Assembly: GCA_016748015.1 (NCBI GenBank)
Contig: JAAOMT010000648.1
Location: forward strand, 1-64,000
DNA length: 64,000 nucleotides
Direction: 5' to 3'
DNA from: Geosiphon pyriformis uo1
Lineage: Eukaryota; Fungi; Glomeromycota
A program made the translations under genes and the position numbers. Each line of letters opens with the position of its first letter. Position 1 is the stretch's first letter. Under the pieces are notes generated by a model. It searched no databases. It was not told the origin of the DNA and saw only the letters and a program-made list of their open reading frames with translations. Shown piece by piece: positions 13,869 to 27,826 of the stretch.

Positions 13869-15410
13869 ATGCCAAAAAACGTGAACCAAAAGCAAGCAAC
13901 AATCTCCTTGAAGACTAAAAAGACTCTCTGTTAGTACAAATTAAAGCATCCTAACTACTCAGCAAATATACTTATCGAAATATTTAATCTAAAGATTAAC
14001 CGCTCCACTGTAACAAAAATACTTGCAAAATCAGACCAATAGATTAAAAAGAATGTATTTGGCAACTCTGGTCAATTGACAAAGAACAGAAAAGAAATGT
14101 TTTCAAAGATAAATGATGCACTGGGAGAATAGATGCTTGGAGCACTAGCTACCAACTGCATTTTTACTGGAAAAATTTTACAAACAAAAGCCCTCAAGTT
14201 TGCTAAAAAGTTTTTAGAAAAAAATAACTTTAAAGCATCAGATGGTTGGTTAGAAAAGTTCAAAAAACATTATAATTTGCACCATATTAAAATGGATGGC
14301 AAAGCAAACAGTGTCCTCTTGGAAATTTTACCAGAGGAACAAGAGAAACTGCATAAAATTATCAGCAAATATGATCTAAATAATGTTTACAATGCTGATA
14401 AGACAGCATTATTCTTTAGAATGCCACCAAATGCAACTTTGGCAACAAGATTTACTTCTGGCACCAAGTGTGATAAGAGTCGAATTACCATACTTCTTGT
14501 TTGTAAAGCAACAGGCAGCATCAAGTTACAGTCTTTAATTATTGACAAAGCTGCAAAGCCATGATGTTTTTGCAATATTAATATGAATACACTTCCAATC
14601 ACTTATTATTACAATACAAAAACATGGATGCAAACTGATATTTTTAGTGAATGGCTTAATTTATTAAATGAAAAAATGTGTCACAAGAAAAAAAAAATTT
14701 TGCTATTACTTAATAATACTGGTCTCCATGATAGAGAACCTTCCATATTATCTAATATTATGATTAGATATTTACCATCCAATACAACATTCTATTTGCA
14801 ACTATTAGATACAGGAATTATTGTATTCTTTAAGGCACAATACCAAAAGTTGTTTTTTTTTCATCTTATTAATCAGTATAATGGCAAGATTTCAATATCA
14901 ACAGTAACATTAAAAGATGTAGTTAACTTTCTAATTGATATATGATCAATGGTAATAACAACTACAATTCAAAACTGTTGGCATCATATGGGAATTCTAA
15001 ATAATAGTCAAATGCCAGCTCATCTATTAGATATTGAACAAGAACTCCTACAAGAAATACAAGTTCTTATTGAGCATGTTAATATTAACAAGTTATTAAT
15101 AATAAACTTTATTAATATTAACAAGTTTGAACTATTATTCACTTATGCTTCAGAAAATGAAATTGTGGATCTTATTAATAACAAGTATAGTGGAAATTCT
15201 AATGCAAATAAAGATTTAGAAAGTGAAAATGAAGATGAATCTTTGTCTTTGCTATCTACACATCAAGATAAAATTGCACTATTGTAAAGAGCATATAATG
15301 AAAAAGTTAATTCAGACTTTTTTAAAACTTTGAGAACATTAATTCGTAATACTGTTCTCAAAGTTCAAGAAGAGAAAAAACAGTTGCAAATAGATAGCTT
15401 TTTTAAATAA
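13869..15410 (+). pseudogene. pogo-family transposase relic (CENP-B HTH + DDE_1), 514 codons in one frame
   Basis: FKASDGWLEKFKK, VYNADKTALF, LLLLNN, LQLLDTGII, C-terminal PIP-box QLQIDSFF; several nonsense codons. Confidence 0.9.
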
Positions 15411-17970
15411 AATATATATAATTGGTTATTATATTATGCATGTGATATATAGATTATGTGATAAGATATTAATCATTTTTTATAGTTCCATCTTTCTATA
15501 GTCACCACAAATGTGCTGACCAAAAGGTGTAATTATAAAAAGAATTCACTATATTGTCACTAGGCAGTGTTTGGACTTTGCTTGTTAAATTAAATAAAAA
15601 AAAATTATGTTTTAATAAAGTATGGCCAAATTATAATATTAAATATATAATAAATAAATATTATACAAAAAATATGACTTATATTTTTACTAATTAAATA
15701 AATATTACCAATATTTATTAAAACTAAATAATTATTTAAATTACAAACTACAAAATACTTATTAATTAACTTTTTTTTTAGACTTTTTTTTTGTAATTAA
15801 AGACCAAATTTTAAATAAAACTAACAATTTTAAATTATAAAAAGTCAAAAAACTTATAAAAATTCAAAAAAATTTTATATTATTTCTTAAAAATCAATTT
15901 TTTGATCAAAGTTACATATTTTTTTTAATTAATAATAAATATTTTAAAACAAAAAATTAATAACCAAAAATTTAGTAAAACCAAAATTAATATTTTTATT
16001 ATTATTATTATTGTTGTTATAAGTGAAATTCAATCATTATCTAATACAATACAACTATTTAGAATTCTAAATTAAATATGATTTATGTATATACTATATA
16101 TAACTAACTATCTGGTCAATTAAAATAATACTAAGTAACTATGTTAATTAAAATGTTTTTAACTGCTTTAGCAAAAAACAAATAACCAATTCTTAAGCCA
16201 AAACTAATAGCAATATTTTCTTTAATTCTTAACAAATGAGCAATATTATTTAAAATTTCAGCAGATAAACCACAAATAACATTAAACATAAAGCCATTTT
16301 TAATTAACAATTTTCTACAATCTATATTAGTCTGAAGCTTTAAATTAAAAATCCAAATTCACTTTTTATAGCCAATAATTAGACTTTTAACAAACTTAAT
16401 TAATTTAAATATGACAAATATAGCATTCTTAAAATAAATCTTAATTTTTAACAACTAATTTTTCAGAATAAACTCTTTATACAAAACTATATATTTACTA
16501 ATATCTAACATATATCTAGTCAATAACTGAAAAACTACAAATAAAGCAAAATTTGTATTGGTTACAAATTTCTATAATAAGCAGTATCTATTCAGTATTT
16601 CTTAACAAGTAAAAAAATCTAAACTATAAGTAAAATTATAATCTAAAAACTTTATTTTATTGCAATATATACACAACACACTTGAGTATTTGCAGTTATA
16701 CAAGTGTTTTTGGACAGTTACTAACAATCTTCTATGTAAAGCCTTTATTAAGTACATTTACAAACCAAAAGTGGCTTTGTTTATGTATTCAGCAGTCATA
16801 TAAGAATCAAAATATCAAACAAAAACTGTGTGCTTCCAATTAAAGTTGCCAATACAAAAAAAATTAACAATACTAAAACCAAGTTCAGTTTCCCATTAAA
16901 AGCACTTTACAATATTATTATATTCTTTATAAAGTAACAAGTATTGCCAGATATTATATTGCCACCAGCCATCAAAATTTTTTTCTTAATGTTAATTAAA
17001 AGAACAACTCTTAAAGATATAATTCAGTTTGTCAATTTTTTAGCATACTTATTGTTTAATACTCCAAAATAACTTTTTATCTTAATTCATGTTATTAAAA
17101 TACTTTTATCTTTGACCATATTGTCAACTTGGTGACATTTAATTCAGCATCTATTATAAAATTAGGAGTTACCAGTTTTAATTTAGCTTAATATGCATTT
17201 AAAAAGGCCTAATTATCAAAAAATATCTTTATTCTGAAACAAACTAGAATACACTTAAGAGCTAAAACAATAGCCTGTAATTTAATTAGTGTTAAAAATA
17301 ATAATTTATAAACTTTTACTTTTATAAACAAGTTTAAATCAGAAAAATAAGTAATTATACTATCTATAGTATTAGAAGATCTAAAGTTCTTAACAAAACC
17401 ATTAGTATAAATTAAAATCTTAGATAAAAATATATTTCTTAATCTAAAACAAACTATATTAAAACTGTATATATCTATTATACTTGTGCTGAAAGAGTCT
17501 TTGGAAATGGAAAAAAAACATTAAACCAGACTATTATTCTTAACAAACTCTAAAACTTGTATAAACCAAAAGAGAACTGAACTTTTAAGATCTAAATGTT
17601 TCTACTAATAAAAATTCTTTTAAGCAAAGCATTTTTTATGACTATTTAAAAACTGGTTTGTGAAAATAATGTTAAAATACTTCAAAGATTTGCAAACTTA
17701 AAAGTATTTTGTCTGATTTAAAATATCTATAACAGAAGTGCTATGCTTAAGACAAAAAGCACTGAATAGACTATTGATCATAGATATACTATTAATTAGA
17801 AATATTCTGGTAATACCAGCCAAAAAATTGGTTATTAAATTAATCTTTAACTTAACAGAAAACTGAAAAAAAATTTCAGAAATCCAATCTAAAATCTGTA
17901 AATTTAGCAATTTATGTTTAAAAGACTGGCCAAGAATACTATTGCTATTAGCAAAATTTATTATTGATGC

Positions 17971-18942
17971 TGTTACCAGAGGTTTTTGGTCTCTTTTCTT
18001 GAATGTTGTAACTGTCTGTTGGTTGCAAATTCACATTTTTTAGAAGTAGTTGAATCTCCAATAACTGAATTTATCTTCAAATTATCTTCTATAATTTGAA
18101 CTGCTGGACTTATAAATGAAATGGCCAATTTTGTACCAGTTACTTTGTGTAGTTACATTGTAGTAAATGTCAACTCTTTTCCAGGAATTGCTTGTCTGGA
18201 AGCTTACTAAAAATGTGTAGTTACTTTGCTGTGAAAGTCAACTCTTTTACAGGAATCTCATCTGTAGACTACCCTAATGATTGTAATAAAAAATAAAAAT
18301 AAAAATAAAAGAAATGTAAAAGAAATAAGATTTTATCAAGGGAAACGTTTTCTATCCAGGCCTGGAGTCACTAACAGTTTACTGAAATTGGTAGCTAATC
18401 AATTTCAAAACGTTAGTTGGGTTTTGGGGATTTTCCAAGTGCAATAATTAAAGAATTTGGTTTTTTCAAATTTATTTGATATTTATTTCTTTTTGTGTGT
18501 GTAGGAATGGTTCTAAGTGATAAATCTAAAGTAAGATACATTTTCTTGAAGAGAAAAGCTCTTCTTTTATACAACTTGTTATAGTACTAGTCTATGAACT
18601 TGCACTTTTTTTCTTTGCTCAAATTTCGGCAAACTAAAGATACATTTTGATAGACTACAAGTTATTTCGCTGAACTATTGATTAATTTGGGTGAACTATT
18701 CATAATTTCGGTGAATTTTTATAAATTTCGGTGAATTTTTGAATGTTATAAAGTTTAGGGTATTGTGTAATTTGATCATCTTACTTTTTGTTATACTAAT
18801 TGGATTATTTAATTAAATCGTGATATGTGATAATTGATTAAATAATAAATAATAATTTGAAATGATATTAATATACTAATTAATTATAGGAATTATAAGG
18901 ATAATTTCATGCTAATTAATAGCTAAAATTCTACTGGTAACA
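17971..18942 (-). repeat. 3' LTR of A
   Basis: Direct repeat of 26855-27826; PPT GAAGAGGAG adjacent at 18947-18955. Confidence 0.95.
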
Positions 18943-19624
18943 TAATCTCCTCTTCAAGACTGAGCTCCATTAAAGTCCAAGCACTATCTGTGATATTGAA
19001 ATAGTGATCCAAAATAATTGAAGTAATCTGGTCTGAAAATTGTTGAAATTTCAGTTCTGTAAGTTTGCCAATAAATTGGACTTTCATTGGTTACAATATT
19101 GAATTTTGTAAAACATTTTCACAAGTATTAAACAAATCATAGAGTCTAAAAGCTGCTCTAAGTTTGTAGTGAGTGTTTGTTAGTCCAGCTGCTGTTTTGA
19201 ATTCATTATGAATTTGTTTTTGTATAGCTTCAAGAGTGAGATTTGTTGTTTCAAGTTCCAGTTTTCGTTTATAAAGTGTCTTTCCAATGTGAAAGTATTT
19301 ATAAATAGGGGTGTGTTCATTGTTCTGTTCATTGAGAAGTAGTAGAAGTTTTTGTTGCATTGTAGTATTTAGTAGAATGTTGGCAATTAAAAGATTTTCT
19401 TCCAGTGCTTGCTTCAAAAGTCTTGGTAACCTATTTTCAGAGTGATTTCTTGTTTTTCTTTTATAGGGATGATAGTTCTGTAAACAATTTACTACTGGGA
19501 CTGTGGTTTCTTTCTGAATGTAATTAATTTGACTTCCATTAATCATTATGGATAAGTCAGGAAGTGTTTTTAAGACTAACATTAACTTTTGGAATATTTG
19601 TTGAATATTTCGGAGAATAATCAT
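18923..19624 (-). pseudogene. A ORF3 (env-position accessory ORF, 233 aa, one internal TAA)
   Basis: Homologous to C ORF3; ends ELSLEEEIMLPVEF* inside the LTR. Confidence 0.75.
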
Positions 19625-19748
19625 GATAAAATTGATTAATTATGAAAAGAGAGAATAAAGAAAATTATTTTTGGATATGGGGTTTTTATTTGTTTTTGGG
19701 TTTGGGGGTTTTTGTAATTTATTTACTATTTTTGTCTTTGTGTTTTTA

Positions 19749-21129
19749 TTAGAGAATTATTGTAAAATTTAAGTGTTCAAGTTTAGTTGTTGTTCTATTA
19801 TAATTATTGGTTCTAAATTTCAGAGAATATCTTCAGGATTAATTAAAGGGGAATGTGTACCAATTTGTGGAATTAATGTTTCAGGATTGTTTTTGGAATG
19901 ATAGTGTTTTAATCTGTCTTTATGTGCAACTTTTGCTAGTATTTTATCATCAAAACTTAACTTGTATAATTCATTGCCTAGAATTTCATGAATATAAAAT
20001 GGTCCATCCCATTTGTTTTCAAATTTTCCACTTCATTGTTTTTCAGTCTTAGTTCTGTGTAAGAGAACTTTATTTCCAACTTTAAATTTGTTGATAATAA
20101 GTAGTAATTTGTTGTCATGTCTTTCTTTTTGTTGAGCTTGAAAATGTTCAATGTGAGTTGCTGCTATCCTTTTTTTTCCTTCCAATGTACTAAAAAGAGT
20201 GTAGGCTCTTCTTTGGAGTGTTTCTTGAAAGTTTTTTTCATTGATTGATTGCACTGGGTATGTTTCTACTGTAAAATTAATTGGTAATATTGCTGTCCTT
20301 CCATAAGTAAGATCAAATGGTGTGTGTTTCATAGTATTTTGTTTTAGTGTTCTGTATGCTAGTAACACTGATGGAATAAAGATATCTCATTTTTGCTCAA
20401 AATTTGTTAAAACTTTGGCCAATGATTCACACAATATTCTGTTAAAACGTTCTACAAGTCTATTTGTTTGAGAGTGATAAGGCAATGATAGAGGTTTTTT
20501 GACATTGAATTGTTCACAAAATGTGTTCCTTGATCAGATAAAAGTTCAATTGGGCATCCATGTCTACAAATAATGTCTTCATAGATGAAATTTGCTACTA
20601 ATTTTGCATCTGCTCTTGGGATGGCTCTAGCTTCAGGCCATTTGGTAAGATAATCTACTGTTACTGCAATATAGCAATTTCTTTAGGTTGTGATAGATAA
20701 TGGTCTGACTAAATCAATTCCAACTCTGTCAAACAGTTGTCCAACTTTGATTGGATTTAAAGGTTCTGTGGGGTGAGTTTCTCTTCTTTTTTGACAACTA
20801 TCACAAGATTCTACATATTGTCGAATGTCTTTTTGCATGTGAGGCCAAAAATAATGTTCAAGAGTTCTTTAAATTGTTCCATCTCTTCCCAAGTGTGCTG
20901 AAAACGAATCTGTGTGCATGTTATATAAAATTGTTTCTTTTTCATTTTTTTGTACTAATCTGAGTGATTGGTTTGGGTTTTTACAATTTTTGTAATAAAT
21001 TTTGTTGTGATGTATAAAATATTGTTTGGATTGGTATTATAATTGATGTTTTTCACTTGGAAATCAATTTTATGGCATGGTGAGAGTCTCCAAATAGTTT
21101 TTGATGTTGTTGTAGTTTTCTGGATCCAT
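19749..21129 (-). pseudogene. A integrase ORF with its own ATG
   Basis: MDPENY.., HHCC region, GIDLV, SDQG, YHSQTNRLVERFN, WDGPF. Confidence 0.88.
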
Positions 21130-21185
21130 TGTTGTTGATTTTGTTGTTTGTTCTGCTGTTAAGTTTGTTGGTGTTAATGTTGGTA

Positions 21186-24100
21186 TTAATATTGTCTCAT
21201 CTTTGAGAGACTGTCAATATTAGTGTGTATTTTTCCTGGTTTGTAGTGTACAATATATTTGTAGTCTGCTAAGAAGTCATTCCATTGAGACTGTTTGGCA
21301 CTTTGTTCAGTTTTCTTTTTATTGAGCCATTTGAGACCAATATTGTCAGTTATTATGTTAAATTCTTTTCCATTTTTCAGATATTGTTGAAAATGTTTAA
21401 GAGCCCAAATAATTGTAGCAGCTTCTAATTTAGTTAAGCCATATTTGAGTTCTGTTGACTTGAGTGTTCTACTGACATAGACGATAACTTGTCCTGACCA
21501 TTTTTATCCAATTGTGATAAGATGGCACCAAATGCTATGTGTAAAGCATCAGTGGCTAATTGAAATTGTTTGTTGAAGTCTGGATAAGCAAAAACTGGGG
21601 CTGTTGTCAATTTTGTTTTGAGAGTTTCAAAAACTTTTTGTTGTTCTTCAGTCCATTTGTATAGTATGTTTTTGTTGGTAAGATAATTGAGTGATTTGAC
21701 AATTTCTGAGAATTCTTTTATAAATTTTTAATAGTAAAAGACTAATCTTACAAATTCTCATAGTTCTGTGGTATTTCTGGGAGTTTGAAAGTTTTTGATA
21801 GCACTGATTGTTCTAGGATTTGGTTTGACTCCATCTTTGCTAACAATGTGTTTGAGGAAGATTAAGCTTGTTTTTTCAAAGTAATATTTTTCAATGTTTA
21901 ACTTTAATCTTGCTTTCTGTAATTGTTAAAAAACTTCTCACAGGTGAATAAGGTGGGCTTCAAAGCTTGGTAAGTATACATTAGTGTCATCAAGATAGAC
22001 AACTACTGATTGCCACAAGAGCCCTTCATATACAACATTCATGAGTTGCTAAAATGTTGCTGGTGTATTACAGAGTCCAAAAGGCATAACATTGAATTCA
22101 TAGTTTCCTTCTTAGATAGTAAATGTTGTTTTGGGTCAGTCTTTTGGGTTCATTTTGACTTGCCAGTATCCACTTTTCAAGTCCAAAGTTGAGAAGAACT
22201 TGGCTTTTCCTAAAGCATCTAACATGTTATCAATTCTTGAAAAAGGGTAGACATCTCCAATTATCACACTGTTTAATTGGTGATAGTCAACACAAAATTT
22301 GATTTTTCCATTTTTCTTTTTGACAAGGACTACTGGTGAGGCCCAAAGACTTCTTGATGGTTGAATCAATCCATTATTAAGCATTCTCTGGACTTCTTCT
22401 CTGATGAATTGGTAACTGGCAGGTGGCACTCTGTAAGCTTGCTGACGTTTTGGTGGAGCATCTTCTGTATAGATCTGATGTTGAACAATATCCGTTTTTC
22501 CCAGATCATTGTTGTTTTTTGCAAATATATCTGCAAATTCAGCTATCAATTGTTTTAATTGTCTTTGTTGTTGAGATTCTAAGAGACCCATGTTGATATG
22601 AGAGAGTTTTTCTTTCAAAAAATGGTAGTTTTTAATGGTGGGAATAATATTTAGATTTGGGAGTAGAGTGTGCCTTACAATTTCGATAAAATTAGAGACA
22701 ATTTGAGGGTTTTCATCTTGAAAAATATTGTTGTGTATGATTCCAATCTCTAATTTGTTTAATAAGACAATAGGGTAATTATTGGAGTTGTAGAATGTAA
22801 CTCGAAATTTTTTCATTCCTTTGGGAATATAAACGTTTAGAATTAAAATTTTATGCTTCAAACAGATTTGTTCATTGGATTCAAAGATTTGTTGGATAGT
22901 AGTGGGTTTTGAGCAAGTGTAAATTTCGTGATGTTCTTCAAAAGGTGAAATGGTAATTGGTTGGAGAAGTTGAAGAATCTGGTAAGATTCATTTTGTATT
23001 TTAAGAGCTATGTTTACTAGAACTGTAAATTGTCCAATTGAACCAAAACCTTGAATTCCTCTTTCACTTTTTCCCAATTTTTCTCTGTTGTTTACTGATT
23101 GTAGACCCGAAATATTGATTAAGGGTAGGTAAATTGCTTGAGCAATTTTTTCAGCATGTTCAATCTTGAATGGTTTGTCTGTTTCATTCTGCAACATGAT
23201 AGTAATGTCTCTAGTGTATCCTGCATCTATAACTTCTCCTCTAATATTGATTCTTTTGCTTGCCAATGATGATCTGGAGGCAATTTGAACTATTGCTCTA
23301 GGTAGAATTTCAAGAGCAATTTTGAGATTGATTTTTGTCAAAGACTTTGGTTGAAGAACCAAAATATCTTTTCCTGGGTATCTTAGGTCATATTCGACAT
23401 CAATTTCGTGTGCTTTTTCTGGTCTGATTCCTTGGCCATGGTTGTCAAAATATTTAAGTTGTAGAGGTGATTGCTTTTCAAGGAGATAGATGGAGGTGGT
23501 TGGTAGTTCTTCTATTAGTTTGAATACTCCAAATTCGATTTTATTTTCATCATTCTCTTTTGGCAGGGGAATGCTAAGAGCATAGCATTCTAAACACCAT
23601 TGGTTATCACAAAACATGATGCATTCTTCACATAATTGAATGTTTATTTGCTCTAATCATTGAATTTGAGCTTCTTTGGTCAGATATGTGTGGCTTGCAA
23701 TTTGGTGATATGTTTCTGCTTTATCTTTATAATCAAATCCAGCTAATTCTATAGTATACTCAATATATTTAGCTTCTTTCATTTGACAAACATCTTTTTA
23801 AGTGGCTTCATTGATCAATATCATTGCTAGGTCAAAAATCATTTTAGTATTATGAGGGTAGTGGTAAAGTTTATTGAAAGCTTTGTTGTATGCTGCATTA
23901 AATGGTGTTCCTCTTCTGACTTTTTCCAAAATTGATAGAGCATATTGACAGATTTGATTACATACTCCTCCTCTCATTGCAACATCAATCCAGTTGCATT
24001 CTTTTGGTAACATATTTCCACATGTAAGACAAGATGTGTTGTCTCATTTTCCACTTCTTTTTGGAGATCCAAATCATTTTCTATGGCATACTTTGCAAAA

Positions 24101-26809
24101 GTAACAGGTACAAGTTTCATATTTCTCTTCTGAAGAAATACATGCTCTCATTGATGAAAGTTTCTTGTTGCAATCTTTGCATTTGAGTGAAATATAGAGT
24201 TGTTGTTTCCATGGTTCTAGTGTAGAATATCTAACTTTCTTCCATCTTCTTGATTCTTCAAAAATCTCCTGTTCTGTTTCTTCAGCCCAATTGGATGTTA
24301 ATCCAAGAGCCATGTAGATTTCAGTAACTGGCATTTCTTTTTCCTCTTTAAATTCAAATACTAGGGCTTTTTCTGATCATTTGTTAAAAGTACTACAAGT
24401 AGCAGGTACTATGGTGTATTGTTCTTGGTATGAGATTTTTAATTCCTAAGTTTCCCAGTCTAAGTTTGCATTGGCCTTAAGAAGCCAATTATTTCCGACC
24501 AAAGCTTGGTATTGGGATGTATCCATGACTAGAACTTTGACTGAAATGGTAATTCCATCAATAGTAAATGGAAAATTGTCAATTTCTTCTACTGGTGTCT
24601 TTTTTATACCAGTTGCTGTAACAATTACAGTTTGGGCTGGTCTGTTAACAGTTTTTTGAAGCTGCTGCATTAACTGGTAAGTGATAATACTTCCAGCTGA
24701 TCTACTGTCTAGAATTAATTGGATGGGTTTTTCTTCTACTGTAGTTTTAGTATACATAGCAGTGATAGCTTTTTGTTCATTAGCTGCTGCATTACTAAGC
24801 AAGAATGGTGATTCATTTGCTTCAAATTCGAATGAGAATATATCTAAAAGGTTGGCATTTTGGGCAATTTGAGCTGATGGAATAGTGTTGTTGGAAGAGT
24901 TTGATCTGGGTGCTGCAACTTCATTTTCAGAAAGTGCAAGTTGTTGAAAATCCGATTCCTCTGGTATTGTAAGATAACTGGATTGAGTGTGATAGTAATT
25001 GGGTCTTTGCTAACCAAAATTTTGGAGAACCAACTGGTTATTTGGATTAATTCTGTTGTTGTTATTCTGAAATTGATTTTGGGATGTGAATTGGTTATGT
25101 TGAACCAATCTTCTTGCTGGTACTTGATATTGTTGAGTAGATGGTGTCTGATATTGCTGAATTGGTAAAGGTTGCTGATATTGTTGTTGAATTGGTTGTG
25201 GAGCTGGTTGATAATAGCTGTTTTAAATTTGTGGTCTTGGTGAATAATAAGTTGGTGGTGGAAGTTAGTAATAATATTGTTGTGATGAAGAATAACATTA
25301 ATTACTTCTGTTTTGTTGGTCTCTTTGTAGTTTCCTACAATCTCATTTCCAGTGTCCTGGAATTTCACAATAGTGACAATTTTAAGGTTGGTTGTTGGAT
25401 GGTGGTCCAAAGTTGTTTTGATTGCGTCATTGTGGGGGTTGGTATTTTTGTGGTTGTTGTTGCTATTGTTGTTAATTTGTGAAGTAGCTTTCAACCTTCT
25501 TTGTGAGTTGGTTTATCTTTTCTTCAGCTGCTAAACTGGTTTCTTCAATAGCTAGATTGACGAGTTTGGTATGGTTTGCTTCTTTTATAGCTATTTCATA
25601 GTTCTTTGCATGTCTGATAACAGTTGCTAAGTCTGTTGGAGCATGTGAATGGACTTTCTTAATCAGTTTGTCTTTTAACCTTGCTATAAACTGGTCTAGA
25701 ATTTGAGCATCAAAATAATAATTATTGGTTTCCAATTGTCAAATCTGTCAAAAAAGTTTGTTGAATCTTCCAAGATAAGTCATGACAGTTTCAGATGTTT
25801 CTTGTTTGATATTGTGAAAGTGATTGTGGAAAGTAATAGAGGTGTTGTTGTTAGTAAATTATTGTAAGAAAACATCTTTAAATGCTTGTCAGTTTTCAAA
25901 TGATTCTTTTAAGTTTTCAAACCATTCTTCTGCAGTTCCTTGAAGAAAATATGGGATTGCTTTGAGCATTCTTGCTGCATTCCAACCATTTGCATCTCCT
26001 GCTTTTTGAACTTTGTCAAGCCATTCTTAAGAACTGGTATCATTATCTTCACCTGTGAATTCTGGAATCTTTGCAATATAAGCAGTTACTATTTCTTCTT
26101 CATTTTCTGTGGCTTCTTCTGATTCTGGTTCAGTTTTTTCACTTTCCAAGCTTTTTAAATGATTACTTTCGTTTTCTTGTAAGTAATCAATGATATTAGC
26201 ACTTGTTGATATTGGTTTCTGTTGTTGAGTAGGATTTCTAGGTGACTGAAAATCTTCTGGTCTGGAAAAATGGTTAGGTAATGAACTTAGTGTTTGTAGT
26301 TAAACAAGTGAAATTGAAAATAGTGTAATAAAAAGTGGTAATTTGACACTGGTTTCTTGTTCAGGTGTTTGCAAGTGTTTGGCAGTTGTTTTTGGTAGTA
26401 TTGGAGTGTTTGGAGTGGTTCTTGAGTATTGTTTCACTTTTTGTTTGTTTTTGTTGCTTGTCTCTGTTTCTGATTCAAAGTTAAAAGAATATTTGGGCTG
26501 TACTGGGTATTTTTCTTTACAGTACTCAATAATATTAAAATTAAGTTTTTAGAAGTAGATAGCAAATGTTTCACTGTTCAGGTCTTCTGTTCCCAATTGT
26601 AAATAGTGCACTAAATTATTGTAGAGGTTGCTTCTAACTTCTGAAATGTTGTAGTTTCCAAAAAGATAATTGTTGATGCAATTTTCAATATATTGGTATA
26701 CTGATTTCTTGATAACTTCAATTCCGTCTGGGATGTTAAATCTTTGCTTGCAGTGGGTGTAAATTGACTAATGATACTCTAGAGTTGTTGTGTCTGGTGT
26801 AGTTGCTAC
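21186..26809 (-). pseudogene. A ORF1: extended Gag, PR, Cys-rich domain, dUTPase, RT, RNase H
   Basis: CHYC..GHW..DC knuckle, LILDSRSAGS, RSSLA/VIDAGY/IAQAI/RGIQGFGS, LDLKSGYWQ, YLDD. Confidence 0.9.
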
Positions 26810-26854
26810 TTTGAAGTTGTTTTTGCTGTGTTGTTTCTGTGGGAGAGCACCAAA

Positions 26855-27826
26855 TGTTACCAGAGGTTTTTGGTCTTTTTTCTTGAATGTTGTAACTGTC
26901 TATTGGTTGCAAATTCACGTTTTCTAGAAGTAGTTAAACCTCCAATAACTGAATTTATCTTCAAATTATCTCCTATAATTTGAACTGCTGGGCTTATAAG
27001 TGAAATGGCCAATTCTATGCCAGTTACTTTGTGTAGTTACGTTGTAGTAAATGTCAACTCTTTCTCAGGAATTGCTCATCTGGAAGCTCACTAAAAATGT
27101 GTAGTTACTTTGCTGTAAAAGTCAACTCTTCTACAGGAATCTTGTCTGTAGGCTACTCTAATGATTGTAATAAGAAAAGAAAAGAAAAATAAAAAAAATG
27201 TAAAAGAAATAAAATTTTATCAAGGGAAACGTTTTCTATCCAGGCCTGGAGTTACTAACAGTTTACTGAAATTGGTAGCTAATTAATTTTAAAACGTTAG
27301 TTGGGTTTTGGGGATTTTCCCAGTGCAATAATTAAAGAATTTGGTTTTTTCAAATTTATTTGATATTTATTTCTTTTTGTGTGTGTAGGAATGGTTCTAA
27401 GTGATAAATCTAAAGTAAGATACATTTTCTTAAAGAGAAAAGCTCTTCTTTTATACAACTTGTTATAGTACTAGTCTATGAACTTGCACTTTTTTTTTTT
27501 GCTCAAATTTTGGCAAACTAAAAATACATTTTGATGGACTACAAGTTATTTCACTGAACTATTGATTAATTTGGGTGAACTATTCATAATTTCGGTGAAT
27601 TTTTATAAATTTTGGCAAACTTTTGAATGTTACAAAGTTCAGGGTATTGTGTAATTTAATCATCCTACTTTTTGTTATACTAATTAGATTATTTAATTAA
27701 ATCGTGATATGTGATAATTGATTAAATAATAAATAATAATTTGAAATGATATTAATATACTAATTAATTATAGGAATTATAAGGGTAATTTCATGCTAAT
27801 TAATAGTTAAAATTCTACTGGTAACA
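26855..27826 (-). repeat. 5' LTR of A
   Basis: Direct repeat of 17971-18942; followed on the minus strand by PBS TGGTGCTCTCCCACAG at 26852. Confidence 0.95.

Larger units (their letters stand above)
11304..15551 (+). mobile_element. pogo/Tigger-type (Tc1/mariner superfamily) DNA transposon, 4.25 kb
   Basis: TA|CAGTAAACTCTCTCTATAGT left end; degenerate inverse AATTATAAAAAGAATTCACTA|TA right end; TA TSD; subterminal YTATAGTC repeats; LINE 3' UTR resumes after 15553. Confidence 0.85.
4542..15603 (+). mobile_element. LINE-a: full-length decayed non-LTR retrotransposon (ORF1 + EN-RT-RNase H ORF2); 3' UTR interrupted by a pogo element
   Basis: 5' end aaCTTCTTTCT shared with LINE-c and LINE-d; A-rich tail ~15590-15603; candidate 13-bp TSD ATTATGTTTTAAT at 4529-4541 and 15604-15616. 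Confidence 0.85.
17971..27826 (-). mobile_element. Ty3/Gypsy LTR retrotransposon A, full length, decayed
   Basis: Two 972-bp LTRs with TGTTACCAG..CTGGTAACA ends, ATGC TSD, PBS, PPT, domain order PR-RT-RH-IN. Confidence 0.95.
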
